Source: Coriobacteriia bacterium
GTDB taxonomy: Bacteria; Actinomycetota; Coriobacteriia; Anaerosomatales; PALSA-660
DNA: 64,000 nucleotides
Direction of reading: 5' to 3'
Assembly: GCA_025361335.1 (NCBI GenBank)
Contig: JANYAK010000037.1
Location: 2,320-66,319, forward strand
Below, one piece after another: positions 54,613 through 63,216 of the stretch. The position numbers and the translations under genes are program-made. Position 1 is the stretch's first letter; each line of letters opens with the position of its first letter. The notes beneath the pieces were generated by a model. That model worked only from the letters and a program-made list of their open reading frames with translations, had not been told where the DNA came from and made no database searches.

Positions 54613-55644
54613 TCAGCGGCGGGCCAGCGCGTCGAGCTTCGCCGCATCCATGCCTCGCACCAAGTCGAGCACCAGTTGCCCCGACTCGCGCAGCGCTCCC
54701 GGCTGGAGATGGTCGGTCGTGTCCCCCATCTTGTGATACGCGGGGTCCTGAAGGCGCTCGAGCCACACGGCGGGTATGCCCGCCTTCTCGTAGGGCTCGT
54801 GATCGCTCATCCCGGTCCTACCGGTGTCTCTCAGGTACGACATCCGGACACCCGATCGCCGGGCCTCGGCAAGCAACAGGTCCTTCATCGCGGGAGGACC
54901 GATCCCCATGGTGCGAGCGTGCAGGTCCGGCCCCCATCCGACGACGTCGACCGACAGCATGCCGGCGATGCGGCGCCGCTCCTCGGTCGTCATGTGCTTC
55001 ACGTGGTAGCGCGAGCCCCGGTGATGGTCTCTTGGCGCGCCGTCGTTGAACTCTTCTCCGCCGAAGAAGACGACCTCGACGGTGGCGAACGAGGGAACTG
55101 CGGCCAGATGCCGCGCCACCTCGAGCAGTATGGCGCACCCGCACGCGGCATCGTTCGCCCCCGGCGTGGTGCGTTTGGAGTCGATGTGAGCTCCCAGCAC
55201 GATGGTGCGGGGGTCCGTCCCCTGGGAGCGGACGATGAGGTTGCGGCTGGTCCCTCCCGGCACCGGGAACGTGTCCACTCGCACGTCGTAGCCCATCTCG
55301 CGGAGCCTTACGGCGATGTGGTCGGCCGCGGCGCGCTCGGCCTTCCCGCCGACCGGTCGGACGCCGAACGCCACGATGTCGGCGGTGTCGCTCAACACCC
55401 GCTGAAGGTCCAGCGGCCCCGCGCCCGCCGCCGGCTCGGCGACCTCGACCGGGACATCGGCCCCGGGGGCGGGCGCGTCCGCGACCGGCGTGGGCGTTGC
55501 GGCGGACGCCGCCGGCTCGGTGGCGGCCACCGACCGACTCGCGGGGGCGACGGCGACGCGGCCCCCGGAGCACCCGGGGGCCGCGAGCAGAGCCAGCATC
55601 ATCACTACGACGGACACCGCCGCTGTGGGACTCGCGCTGTGCAC
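54613..55644 (-). CDS. M28-family metallopeptidase lipoprotein
   Basis: Lipobox LLAAPGC. Zinc-ligand contexts LGAHIDS, ANDAACGCA, FFGGEE and SDHEPY. GTG 55644. The upstream part of the 552-aa track ORF overlaps the ldt gene out of frame. Confidence 0.85.
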   Translation of the reverse strand: MHSASPTAAVSVVVMMLALLAAPGCSGGRVAVAPASRSVAATEPAASAATPTPVADAPAPGADVPVEVAEPAAGAGPLDLQRVLSDTADIVAFGVRPVGGKAERAAADHIAVRLREMGYDVRVDTFPVPGGTSRNLIVRSQGTDPRTIVLGAHIDSKRTTPGANDAACGCAILLEVARHLAAVPSFATVEVVFFGGEEFNDGAPRDHHRGSRYHVKHMTTEERRRIAGMLSVDVVGWGPDLHARTMGIGPPAMKDLLLAEARRSGVRMSYLRDTGRTGMSDHEPYEKAGIPAVWLERLQDPAYHKMGDTTDHLQPGALRESGQLVLDLVRGMDAAKLDALARR

Positions 55645-55652
55645 GGGTCGCG

Positions 55653-56450
55653 TCAGTTGCGTATGACGACAGGGGAACGTCCGACGATCGCCGACAGGGC
55701 GAGCACGTCCCAGTTGTACATGCGAACGCACCCGTGGCTTGCCATGGTGCCGATGCAGGACGGGTCGTTGGTGCCGTGGATGTAGTAGGACGTGTTCACC
55801 AGTACCTGACGGCGGACCCACCGCCGCACCACGCGGCGACCCACGCGGACCCGCACGCGAACCCGACGTGAGACGGTCCGCTGGAGCGGCATGCGCAGCA
55901 CGCCCCACGATGTGGTCGACGGCCGCATCCGCTTGGCGGGACCGAGAGTCCACGTGCCCACGGGCGTCTGCGCCCTGGGCATGCCGATGGCGACAGGCCT
56001 GGCCATGACCACGATGCCGCTGCGTATGAAGTAGAGGGTGTAGTCGTACTTGTCCACGAGCACGAACGTGTCGTAGCCCGGAAGACCGCCCAGGCAAAAG
56101 ACGGTCACCGTTGCCGCGGGTCCATCCCCGACGCTGTTGGACGGGGTCACCGAGATGACGGAGGCCGCGCGAGCGACCGGGATCGCCACTGTCGCGGCGA
56201 AGGGACCACCGGGGGTCACGGCCATGGTCACGGTCATGCTCGGGGTGGCGATCCTGAGCTCGGATGTCCACGCGTCCACGATCCCGGTCACGGATACGTT
56301 GCCGTCACGCGACAGCAGGTTCACCGGGGTCGTTATGGTCGGCGCCGCGGGGACGATCAAGTCGGCGAACGCGACCGAAGGCGCGATGCCGAGCAGAATA
56401 GCCGCGCCCAGAGCGATCGCGGCTACGCGGAGACGCGCGCGGGCCTGCAT
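55653..56450 (-). CDS. L,D-transpeptidase (YkuD domain) with N-terminal Ig-like region
   Basis: Signal peptide ...SVAFA and catalytic motif YYIHGTNDPSCIGTMASHGCVRM. Contains an unusual RRVRVRVRVGRRVVRRWVRR insert. Confidence 0.85.
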   Translation of the reverse strand: MQARARLRVAAIALGAAILLGIAPSVAFADLIVPAAPTITTPVNLLSRDGNVSVTGIVDAWTSELRIATPSMTVTMAVTPGGPFAATVAIPVARAASVISVTPSNSVGDGPAATVTVFCLGGLPGYDTFVLVDKYDYTLYFIRSGIVVMARPVAIGMPRAQTPVGTWTLGPAKRMRPSTTSWGVLRMPLQRTVSRRVRVRVRVGRRVVRRWVRRQVLVNTSYYIHGTNDPSCIGTMASHGCVRMYNWDVLALSAIVGRSPVVIRN

Positions 56451-56947
56451 CAGTAGCTCCTGACGATGATCTTGGTGACCTGTCCGCCCGCGACGTAGAA
56501 GTCCGTGCCCTTGCTGCCGCCCAGCGTGTAGTGCGTGTACACCGGGCCGGCGCTCGAGGAGAGCGCCGATCCGTATGCGGCGGTCAGAGCGGCCTCGCTG
56601 CTGCCCACGCGGATCCCGTTGGTCGTCGCGTAGCCCGTCCCGTTGACGACGAACGCGAACACCTTGTGGCGCTTGTCGCTGAACATCTCCAGCGCGTACT
56701 TGCCGCCGGACCTGCGCCCGAAGTACCGGACCCAGACGACGCGGCCGGCATAGCTGCTGTCACGCTTCTTGCGAACGACACGGCCTATCCTGCCGGCCGC
56801 GGTCGTGTCTCGCTGCCCCAACCGCGCGGACTTGATCCCCGAGTTCACGTTGATCCGCGCGGTCGCGGCGTATGCCCCCGTCGGCACCAGCAAGCTCACT
56901 GTCAGTGCCGCAACCGCGATCCCGTTGCGCAGACTTCTACCCAGCAC
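56450..56947 (-). CDS. secreted protein of unknown function (165 aa)
   Basis: Signal peptide ...PTGAYA/AT. GTG start with AGAGGGGGA upstream. Its stop overlaps the ldt start by 1 nt (TGATG). Confidence 0.6.
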   Translation of the reverse strand: MLGRSLRNGIAVAALTVSLLVPTGAYAATARINVNSGIKSARLGQRDTTAAGRIGRVVRKKRDSSYAGRVVWVRYFGRRSGGKYALEMFSDKRHKVFAFVVNGTGYATTNGIRVGSSEAALTAAYGSALSSSAGPVYTHYTLGGSKGTDFYVAGGQVTKIIVRSY

Positions 56948-57035
56948 GTCGGTCCCCCTCTATCGATTGTCCTTCCAAAGCGAAGTATGGACCCACAACC
57001 GTCGCCCACGCCACCCCCTCCGGTTACCATAGGCC

Positions 57036-58286
57036 ATGAGCGCACGTGGAATGCTGTCGAGGGCGGGGGGACGGGTGGCACGCGAAACGCCGGGCTTCTT
57101 CGCGCCTCAGCGCTTTGAAGGTCGCTATCTGGGCTTCGGCGGTCGGGTCACGCGGCGCCGCTTGCTCGTCCGCCTCGCGGTCTTCCTGCTGGCGCTCGCG
57201 GCACTCGACCACGCGATCGCACCGTTGCAAACGCCCGGGGCGGTATTCAGGACCCACTACCGTCTCCCCCGGACCATGCCCACATCGGACCTCGCCGACT
57301 ACGCCGACGCGATCGACGCGAGCGCCCGCGATTCCGGAGGCTCCTCCGCAGCACCAGTGGTCATCTTCTTGGGAGCCTCCCCGACGTGGGGTCATCGGAT
57401 CTCGGATCCGGGCAACGCGTTCCCCTACGCGTTCGCCTTGGCGGCCGCGTCATCGGGCGTGGGCGTCCGCGCCTTCGATCTGGCGAGCAACGGCCAGTTC
57501 GTGGGCGACTACTACGTGATCGCGCGCCGGCTGCTCGGCGACGCGGACGCCGTCTATGTCCAGATGACATACCAGACGTTCAATCCGGCCGCACGCGGAT
57601 CCGCCGCGATGCGCTATCCCGAGCTCGCCAGGCTGTTGGGAGTGCGGCTGTCCGCCGAGGAGGCGAGGATCCTGCGCCTCCCCGCGAGCGCGTCGAGCCC
57701 CTTGGCGCTGGCCGACTCGATGCTCGGCCGGCACTGGTCGCTGTGGCGCGAGCGTGACGCACTCGATCGCCGGCTGTTCGGGGCGCGCCCCCGCACGGCC
57801 GTTGAGCGCGCCGCTCTCAGGGCATCGGGAGACGACGTCACCTTCGACGACGAGGTCACAGACGACGGCTTCGGCGCGTTCGACACGCTCGAGCCCGAAC
57901 AGCAGCTCGTGGTCGTGGCGGCCTACGCGCAGGACTCCTCGTTCCAGCTGCGCGCATCAGACGGCGAGGTCGAGCGTCTTCGGCGGCTCGCGAAGCTGCT
58001 GGCTGACGCCGGCGTGCCGGCGGTGTTCTACATGGCGCCGCTGAACCGCGGCCTCATCGACGAGAACCGGCTCATCGACCCGGCGCAGTATGCGCGCAAC
58101 GTCGCGGTGCTTCGCGCCGCCGTAGAGTCGAACGGGCTGAGCTTCCGAGACTACAACAGCGGCCCCTTGCGGATCCCGCGGACGCAGTTCGCCGATGTGA
58201 GCCACACCACCGATGCCGGGGGGCGCGCGTTCGGCGCGATGCTGTGGGAAGACACCTCGGCGACCGTTCCGGCGGTGTCGAGATGA
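57036..58286 (+). CDS. membrane-anchored SGNH-like protein (DltD/AlgX/AlgJ-like O-acyltransferase partner)
   Basis: N-terminal TM helix (LLVRLAVFLLALAAL). Block-I-like VVIFLGASPTWG (Ser) and block-V-like FADVSHTTD (DxxH). ATGA-coupled to the MBOAT gene. Confidence 0.65.
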   Translation: MSARGMLSRAGGRVARETPGFFAPQRFEGRYLGFGGRVTRRRLLVRLAVFLLALAALDHAIAPLQTPGAVFRTHYRLPRTMPTSDLADYADAIDASARDSGGSSAAPVVIFLGASPTWGHRISDPGNAFPYAFALAAASSGVGVRAFDLASNGQFVGDYYVIARRLLGDADAVYVQMTYQTFNPAARGSAAMRYPELARLLGVRLSAEEARILRLPASASSPLALADSMLGRHWSLWRERDALDRRLFGARPRTAVERAALRASGDDVTFDDEVTDDGFGAFDTLEPEQQLVVVAAYAQDSSFQLRASDGEVERLRRLAKLLADAGVPAVFYMAPLNRGLIDENRLIDPAQYARNVAVLRAAVESNGLSFRDYNSGPLRIPRTQFADVSHTTDAGGRAFGAMLWEDTSATVPAVSR

Positions 58287-59491
58287 TATTCGGCGAGTGG
58301 GTCTACGGGGTATTCCTCATCGCCTCGGCCGTCTCTTTCCGCTTTCTGCCGACGCGCATCCGGCCTTGGTGGCTGGCGGCATGCGGGTTCGGCTTCTACG
58401 CCTACTACTCGCCCGCCTTCCTGCTGCTGCTCGCAGTCGAGATCGGCGTGGTCTTCGCGCTGGTGAAGGGCGTCCGGCGCAGCACCTGGGTGTTCGCCGG
58501 CGCGCTAGGCGTCACGATCGGCGTGCTCGTCGTGTACAAGTACGGGCACCTGCTGGGCGCGACGCTGGCGTCGATGGCGGCATCGCTGCACGCGGGCCCC
58601 GTCCCCGACTTCCCCCGGCTCGTGCTCCCGCTGGCGATCTCGTTCTTCACCTTCGAGTTCGTCCACTACGTAGTCGATGCGCGCAAGGGGACCCTCCCCG
58701 AGCACGGCCTGGGCGAGTTCCTCGCGTTCGCGCTGTTCTTCCCCACGATGGTCGCGGGCCCGATCAAGCGATTCCAGGACTTTCAGCCGCAGATCGCGAC
58801 ATCGAGCGCGCGCGCCGCCGACATCAACGACGGCGTCACGCGGATCGTCGTGGGCCTGGCGAAGAAGATCGTCATCGCCGACACGCTGACCCCGCTCACG
58901 ACGGCCCTGCTCAGCGACGCGGGCGTGCGGGAGGCGAGCCCGGCGCAACTGGTCGTGGCCTTGATCGCGTTCGCGTTCAAGATATACATGGACTTCTCGG
59001 GTTACTCGGACATCGCGATCGGCTCGGCGAGACTCTTCGGGATCCACGTGCCGGAGAACTTCTCCTGGCCGTACCTGCGCCGCAACATCGCGCAGTTCTG
59101 GCGGCATTGGCACATGTCGCTCACCTCGTGGATCACCGACTACGTCTACAAGCCGCTGGGCGGCAACCGCCGCGGGTTGGCGCTCACCGCCGTCAACGCC
59201 ATCGCGGCGATGGCCGTCTCGGGGCTGTGGCACGGCGCCCAGTGGCACTTCCTCGTCTGGGGGCTCTATCACGGCATCCTGCTGGCGCTGTTCCGGGTCT
59301 GGGACACGCTGATGAGAGGTCCGCTGCTCGAGCGGATGCCCGTCCTGCGCGACGGCCCCTTCGCCCGCGCGGCTGGGCGCGTGGGCGCCTTAGCGAGCTG
59401 GGCGGCGACGTTCGCCCTGGTCACGGTCGGCTGGGGGCTGTTCGTGATGCCGGTCGGCCGTTTCGCCACGATGCTGGGGAGGCTGCTGTGA
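58283..59491 (+). CDS. MBOAT-family membrane-bound O-acyltransferase (DltB/AlgI/PatA-like)
   Basis: Polytopic protein with the MBOAT signature region FWRHWHMSLTSWITDYVYKPLGGNRRG...SGLWHG (conserved His). ATG 58283. Confidence 0.9.
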   Translation: MIFGEWVYGVFLIASAVSFRFLPTRIRPWWLAACGFGFYAYYSPAFLLLLAVEIGVVFALVKGVRRSTWVFAGALGVTIGVLVVYKYGHLLGATLASMAASLHAGPVPDFPRLVLPLAISFFTFEFVHYVVDARKGTLPEHGLGEFLAFALFFPTMVAGPIKRFQDFQPQIATSSARAADINDGVTRIVVGLAKKIVIADTLTPLTTALLSDAGVREASPAQLVVALIAFAFKIYMDFSGYSDIAIGSARLFGIHVPENFSWPYLRRNIAQFWRHWHMSLTSWITDYVYKPLGGNRRGLALTAVNAIAAMAVSGLWHGAQWHFLVWGLYHGILLALFRVWDTLMRGPLLERMPVLRDGPFARAAGRVGALASWAATFALVTVGWGLFVMPVGRFATMLGRLL

Positions 59492-59640
59492 AGGTATCCG
59501 ATGACTCGCCACTCCGCCTGAGGCGCCTGGTCGCGGAAACGGGTGCCGACGTGGTCGTCGCAGTCGTGTGGGCCGCTCTCGTCGTGGCTATCGTGCTGTT
59601 CTCCGGGATGGTCTCGCAGTTCGCCTACGTCGACTTCTAG
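59488..59640 (+). CDS. DltX-like small membrane peptide (50 aa) ending in F-x-Y-x-x-F
   Basis: (V)KVSDDSPLRLRRLVAETGADVVVAVVWAALVVAIVLFSGMVSQFAYVDF*. One TM helix, high GC3, GTGA overlap with the MBOAT stop. It is present only as the tail of a shadow ORF in the track. Confidence 0.6.
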   Translation: MKVSDDSPLRLRRLVAETGADVVVAVVWAALVVAIVLFSGMVSQFAYVDF

Positions 59641-59670
59641 GGAGCCGCCCGCGACGACGCCCCGCGGGGG

Positions 59671-60195
59671 TCAGTCCGCGTCGCCGCCCCAGGCTCCCTC
59701 GTGCACCCAGGTCGGCTCGAAGCGGTCCACGCGCGGCGGGGCGGCGACAGGGTGACCGAGGGCGACCAGCGAGTGCGGGGCGACGTGCCGCGGCGCGCCG
59801 ATAGCGCGGCGCACGGCGCTCGAGAACGGGGCTATCGGGTGCACCCCCATCCAGACGGCGCCGAGGCCAGTGGCGTGGGCCGCCACGAGGGCGTTCTCGA
59901 TCGCCGCGGAGCAGTCGATGACCCAGAAGCCGGGGTACTTTGCGGCCTTCCGGTCGGCGCACACCACGATCGCCACGGGAGCGCTTTTCAGCGGCCCAGT
60001 GAACGGCGTCGTGCGCGCCAGCCGAGCGATCGCGGCCGGGTCGCGCACGACCACGAATCGCCATGGGCGCTCGTTGGACGCCGAGGGCGCGGCCATCGCG
60101 GCGCGCAAGACGACATCGAGCTCCGCATCGGTGACGGCCTCCTCGGTGAAGGACCGCACGCTCCGGCGGGTCATGATGGCCTCGATCGCCTCCAT
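59671..60195 (-). CDS. nitroreductase family protein
   Basis: MEAIEAIMTRRSVRSFTEEAVTD...APSASNERPWRF, a classic nitroreductase N-terminus. ATG 60195. Confidence 0.88.
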   Translation of the reverse strand: MEAIEAIMTRRSVRSFTEEAVTDAELDVVLRAAMAAPSASNERPWRFVVVRDPAAIARLARTTPFTGPLKSAPVAIVVCADRKAAKYPGFWVIDCSAAIENALVAAHATGLGAVWMGVHPIAPFSSAVRRAIGAPRHVAPHSLVALGHPVAAPPRVDRFEPTWVHEGAWGGDAD

Positions 60196-60317
60196 CGAAC
60201 AGCCCCTCTCCACGCGGGCGCGGGCGCCCACGCGGGCGCGGCACCCCTAAGACGGCGTCATCCCGCGAACGTGCGCCCGGCTTCCTTGAGCAGCTCGCGC
60301 CGCGCCGGACGCGGCTT

Positions 60318-60947
60318 CTACACCAGGAATCGCTCGAACCACTCGCGAGTCAGCGTGGCGGCTTGCGCCAGCGTACCGGGTTCCTCGAACAGGTGGGTGG
60401 CCCCGGGGACGATCGACAGCTCGACCACGCTGCCCATCCGAGCGGCCGCCTGCCGGTTCAGCTCGGTCACCTCGACGTCGTCGCCGCCGACGATGAGTAG
60501 GGTGGGCGCCTCGACGCGACCGAGCGCTCCGTCCGCCAGATCCGGCCGGCCCCCGCGGCTGACGACGGCCGCGATGTCGTCGCGGCTCGCGGCGGCCACC
60601 AGAGCAGCCGCGGCCCCCGTGCTCGCCCCGAAGTACCCGAGCGCGACGGTGGCAAGGTCCTCGCGCGAGCGCACCCAGCTGGTAGCCGCCTCGAGCCGGT
60701 CGGCGAGCAGCCTGATGTCGAAGCGCGTCTCACGCCGGGCGTCCTCGGCGGGACTCAGCAGGTCGAACAGCAGGGTCCCGAAACGGCCCGTCTCGCGCAG
60801 GTACTCGGCGACCGACCGGTTGCGCGCGCTGAGGCGAGACGACCCGCTGCCGTGAGCGAACACGATCAGCCCGGACGCCCCATCCGGGACCGACAGGTCG
60901 CCGTCGAGCAGCGCCTCTCCCGCCGGGATGCGGACTTCGACCTCCAT
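60318..60947 (-). CDS. alpha/beta hydrolase (dienelactone hydrolase-like)
   Basis: LIVFAHGSGSSR, nucleophile elbow GASTGAA, and ...GATHLFEEPG (His). Confidence 0.8.
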   Translation of the reverse strand: MEVEVRIPAGEALLDGDLSVPDGASGLIVFAHGSGSSRLSARNRSVAEYLRETGRFGTLLFDLLSPAEDARRETRFDIRLLADRLEAATSWVRSREDLATVALGYFGASTGAAAALVAAASRDDIAAVVSRGGRPDLADGALGRVEAPTLLIVGGDDVEVTELNRQAAARMGSVVELSIVPGATHLFEEPGTLAQAATLTREWFERFLV

Positions 60948-61023
60948 GATGCTCCCCCCTGGGCAGCGTATGTACCGGCCTGGGGGGGATGCGCTCCGCC
61001 CCTCGGTTCCGCCCCCAGCGCCT

Positions 61024-62136
61024 TCAGGACAGGCGCATGACCGGCTTCCCCACGAGTTCGGGAAACGCGCTGAGCACCATGCCGATCAGGCGTTCGGTCG
61101 GGCGAGTGAGCGCATCCGTTGCCGGGATGCCGAGCTCGACCTCGTACATATGGATCGCCGCCGTGACCTCTGCGTCGGTCATATGCTCGTGGTTGAGGGT
61201 GAGCCCGATGACCCTTGTATCGGCGAACGTCTCGATGAGGTTGATCTCGCTTGCCGGGTCGGGCATGGGAAAGTCCGGGAAATCGCTCAGCCGGCGGCGG
61301 GCGGGCGCGTGCTGGAGGATGACCGCCCGCGGCCGGGAGCCTCTCAGGACGAAGGTCGACGACAGGTACGCGGGGTGGCTCAGCGCGCCTTGCCCCTCGA
61401 CGACGATCACGTCGGGGTGCTCGTCTTCGAAGGCCTCCACGACGGCAGCCTCCATCTCGCCGGCCGAGAACTGGCTGGGGATCGCGTCCAGCGCCACGCC
61501 GTGGCGCGCGCCCTGGATCAGGCTGGTCTGGCCCGTGCCGACCATCACGGCGCGTATCCCGCGTTCGTTGAGCGCCGCGGTGAGTATCGTCGCGGTGGTG
61601 CGCTTGCCGATGGCGCCGTCGGTACCCAGCACGGCGATCCGCGGGCACGTCACGGTGAAGATACGGCCGGAGAACATCCGCAGGTTCTTCTTCTCGCGGG
61701 GACGACGGACGTCGAGGATCGTCACGCCACGCGCCTCCGCGGCGGCCGCGAACTCCGGGTCGTCATTGAGGAACTCGTGCAGCCCGTTGACGATGTTCAT
61801 GCCGCGAGAGACCGCGTCGAGCACGACGCCGCGCTCGACGGACGACAGCATGCCGCTGGCGGGGGCCACTCCGAAGATGAAGAAGTCGGGCACGAACCCC
61901 ATCCTCCGGATCGCGTCGTTCATGTCGGCCGCGATCGGGATCCCGTTGGGGACGCCGTCGAGCACCTGTCCGGCGTCCAGTCGGGCCTTCTTGCTGTCGA
62001 TCACCGCAAGGATCCGGTACTTCTCGGATCGGCGGACAAGGCCGTTGGCGGTCTTACCGTCGAGCTCACCGAAGTTGCCTTCGCAGTAGACGACCGCGGT
62101 GCCGCCGGCCAGTGCCGATCCTCGATCCGTGGGCAT
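61024..62136 (-). CDS. DUF1611 domain protein (DgcN-like putative N-acetyltransferase)
   Basis: 370 aa from ATG 62136 (GGAGGA upstream): AVVYCEGNFGELDGKTANGLVR...IAVLGTDGAIGKRTT... (P-loop-like), typical of DUF1611. It forms the lower part of the artefactual 724-aa track ORF. Confidence 0.75.
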   Translation of the reverse strand: MPTDRGSALAGGTAVVYCEGNFGELDGKTANGLVRRSEKYRILAVIDSKKARLDAGQVLDGVPNGIPIAADMNDAIRRMGFVPDFFIFGVAPASGMLSSVERGVVLDAVSRGMNIVNGLHEFLNDDPEFAAAAEARGVTILDVRRPREKKNLRMFSGRIFTVTCPRIAVLGTDGAIGKRTTATILTAALNERGIRAVMVGTGQTSLIQGARHGVALDAIPSQFSAGEMEAAVVEAFEDEHPDVIVVEGQGALSHPAYLSSTFVLRGSRPRAVILQHAPARRRLSDFPDFPMPDPASEINLIETFADTRVIGLTLNHEHMTDAEVTAAIHMYEVELGIPATDALTRPTERLIGMVLSAFPELVGKPVMRLS

Positions 62137-62275
62137 GGGTCCTCCAAGAGGGGGCAACGAGGCTGCTGGGTTGGTGATTATGCCCCCGAGGCGGCGACGC
62201 GAGACCGGGCCGGTCGGGCGGGGAGCCTTGCTCGGCGAGTAGCCCGGCGTGTCGCCGCGGCGCGCCGGGGCGTGC

Positions 62276-63198
62276 CTACTGGATGGGCAGCTGGTGCCTG
62301 AGGAAGTCCTCGGCATTGGCGAACAGGAACTTCTCGGCGAGATCCCCACCGTACGTGTCACCGATCGCCGCGACCAGGCCGGCCAGCGCCGCCGGGTCCG
62401 CCAGTTCGCCCATCTCGGCCACTCCCCAGTCGCTGCCGATGGAGACGGCGGTCTCCCCGGCCAGCGAGACGATGCGCCCGATGTGGTGGAGCGCCTCGTC
62501 GACGGAGCCCTTGCCGCCGAGGAAGTCCGGCGGGAAGGCAAGCCCGACGAGCCCCCGTGATCGCCGAGGACGCGCAGCTGCTGGTCGGTCAGCCCCCTCG
62601 GGTGGTCGACGATGGCCCGGCAGAACGTGTGCGTGACGAGCACGGGCGGCGAGTAAAGATCGAGCGCAGCATAGAACCCGGCGTCATTGAGGTGCGCCAA
62701 GTCGAGGAACAGAGGCGTCGCCTCCAGCGAGCGGAGCAGAGCCCGGCCGGCCGGCTTGAGCGGGGCCGCCGGGTCGTCGTAGGAGCCGTAACCGTAGACG
62801 GTCTCGTGGTTCCACGTGAGCGACAGGCTGCGCAGGCCGTGGCGCGCCCACAGCAGCTCCAGGGTGTCGGCGCCGGTCGAGGGGAGCTGGAGGCCCTCCG
62901 AGTGGGGCAGCACGCCGGTACGCGGGTCCTCGGCGTCGAGATCCTCCACCGTCGTGACCAGGCGGAGAGACGCGCTGTGGGACCGCAGCAGCTCGGCATG
63001 CGCGTCCAACTGGACGAGCAGCGAGCTGTCGGGATGGTGCGGATACAGCGACGACCAGACCGCCGCGGCATGGTGCGAGCCCGTGAGGTAGCTCGACCCG
63101 TACACGGGGAAGCCGCCGTCGAGTCGGGCCACCCCGGACAGGATGTCCTGGTGCAGATCGATGTACGCGGGCCTCGGACGCGCGCTGTAGGCCGACAA
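62276..63198 (-). pseudogene. M19 (renal-type) membrane dipeptidase, interrupted by a 1-nt frameshift in a C5/G5 run at 62552-62556
   Basis: The N-terminal frame reads YIDLHQDILS...QLRVLGDHGG. The conserved continuation LVGLAFPPDFLGGKGSVDEALHHIGRIVSLAGETAVSIGSDWG...FANAEDFLRHQLPIQ* is in the adjacent frame and ends at TAG 62276-62278. Confidence 0.75.
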
Positions 63199-63216
63199 CC
63201 GACGCCCCCGATCCGG

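Noticed and set aside
61024-63198. Single 724-aa dipeptidase-DUF1611 fusion protein as drawn in the ORF track
   Set aside because: The middle ~140 aa (SSGLPSRRTSSAARAPS...RRRLGGIITNPAAS) is out-of-frame read-through after a frameshift at 62552-62556. The conserved dipeptidase C-terminus is in the neighbouring frame and stops at 62276. DUF1611 has its own RBS and ATG at 62136.
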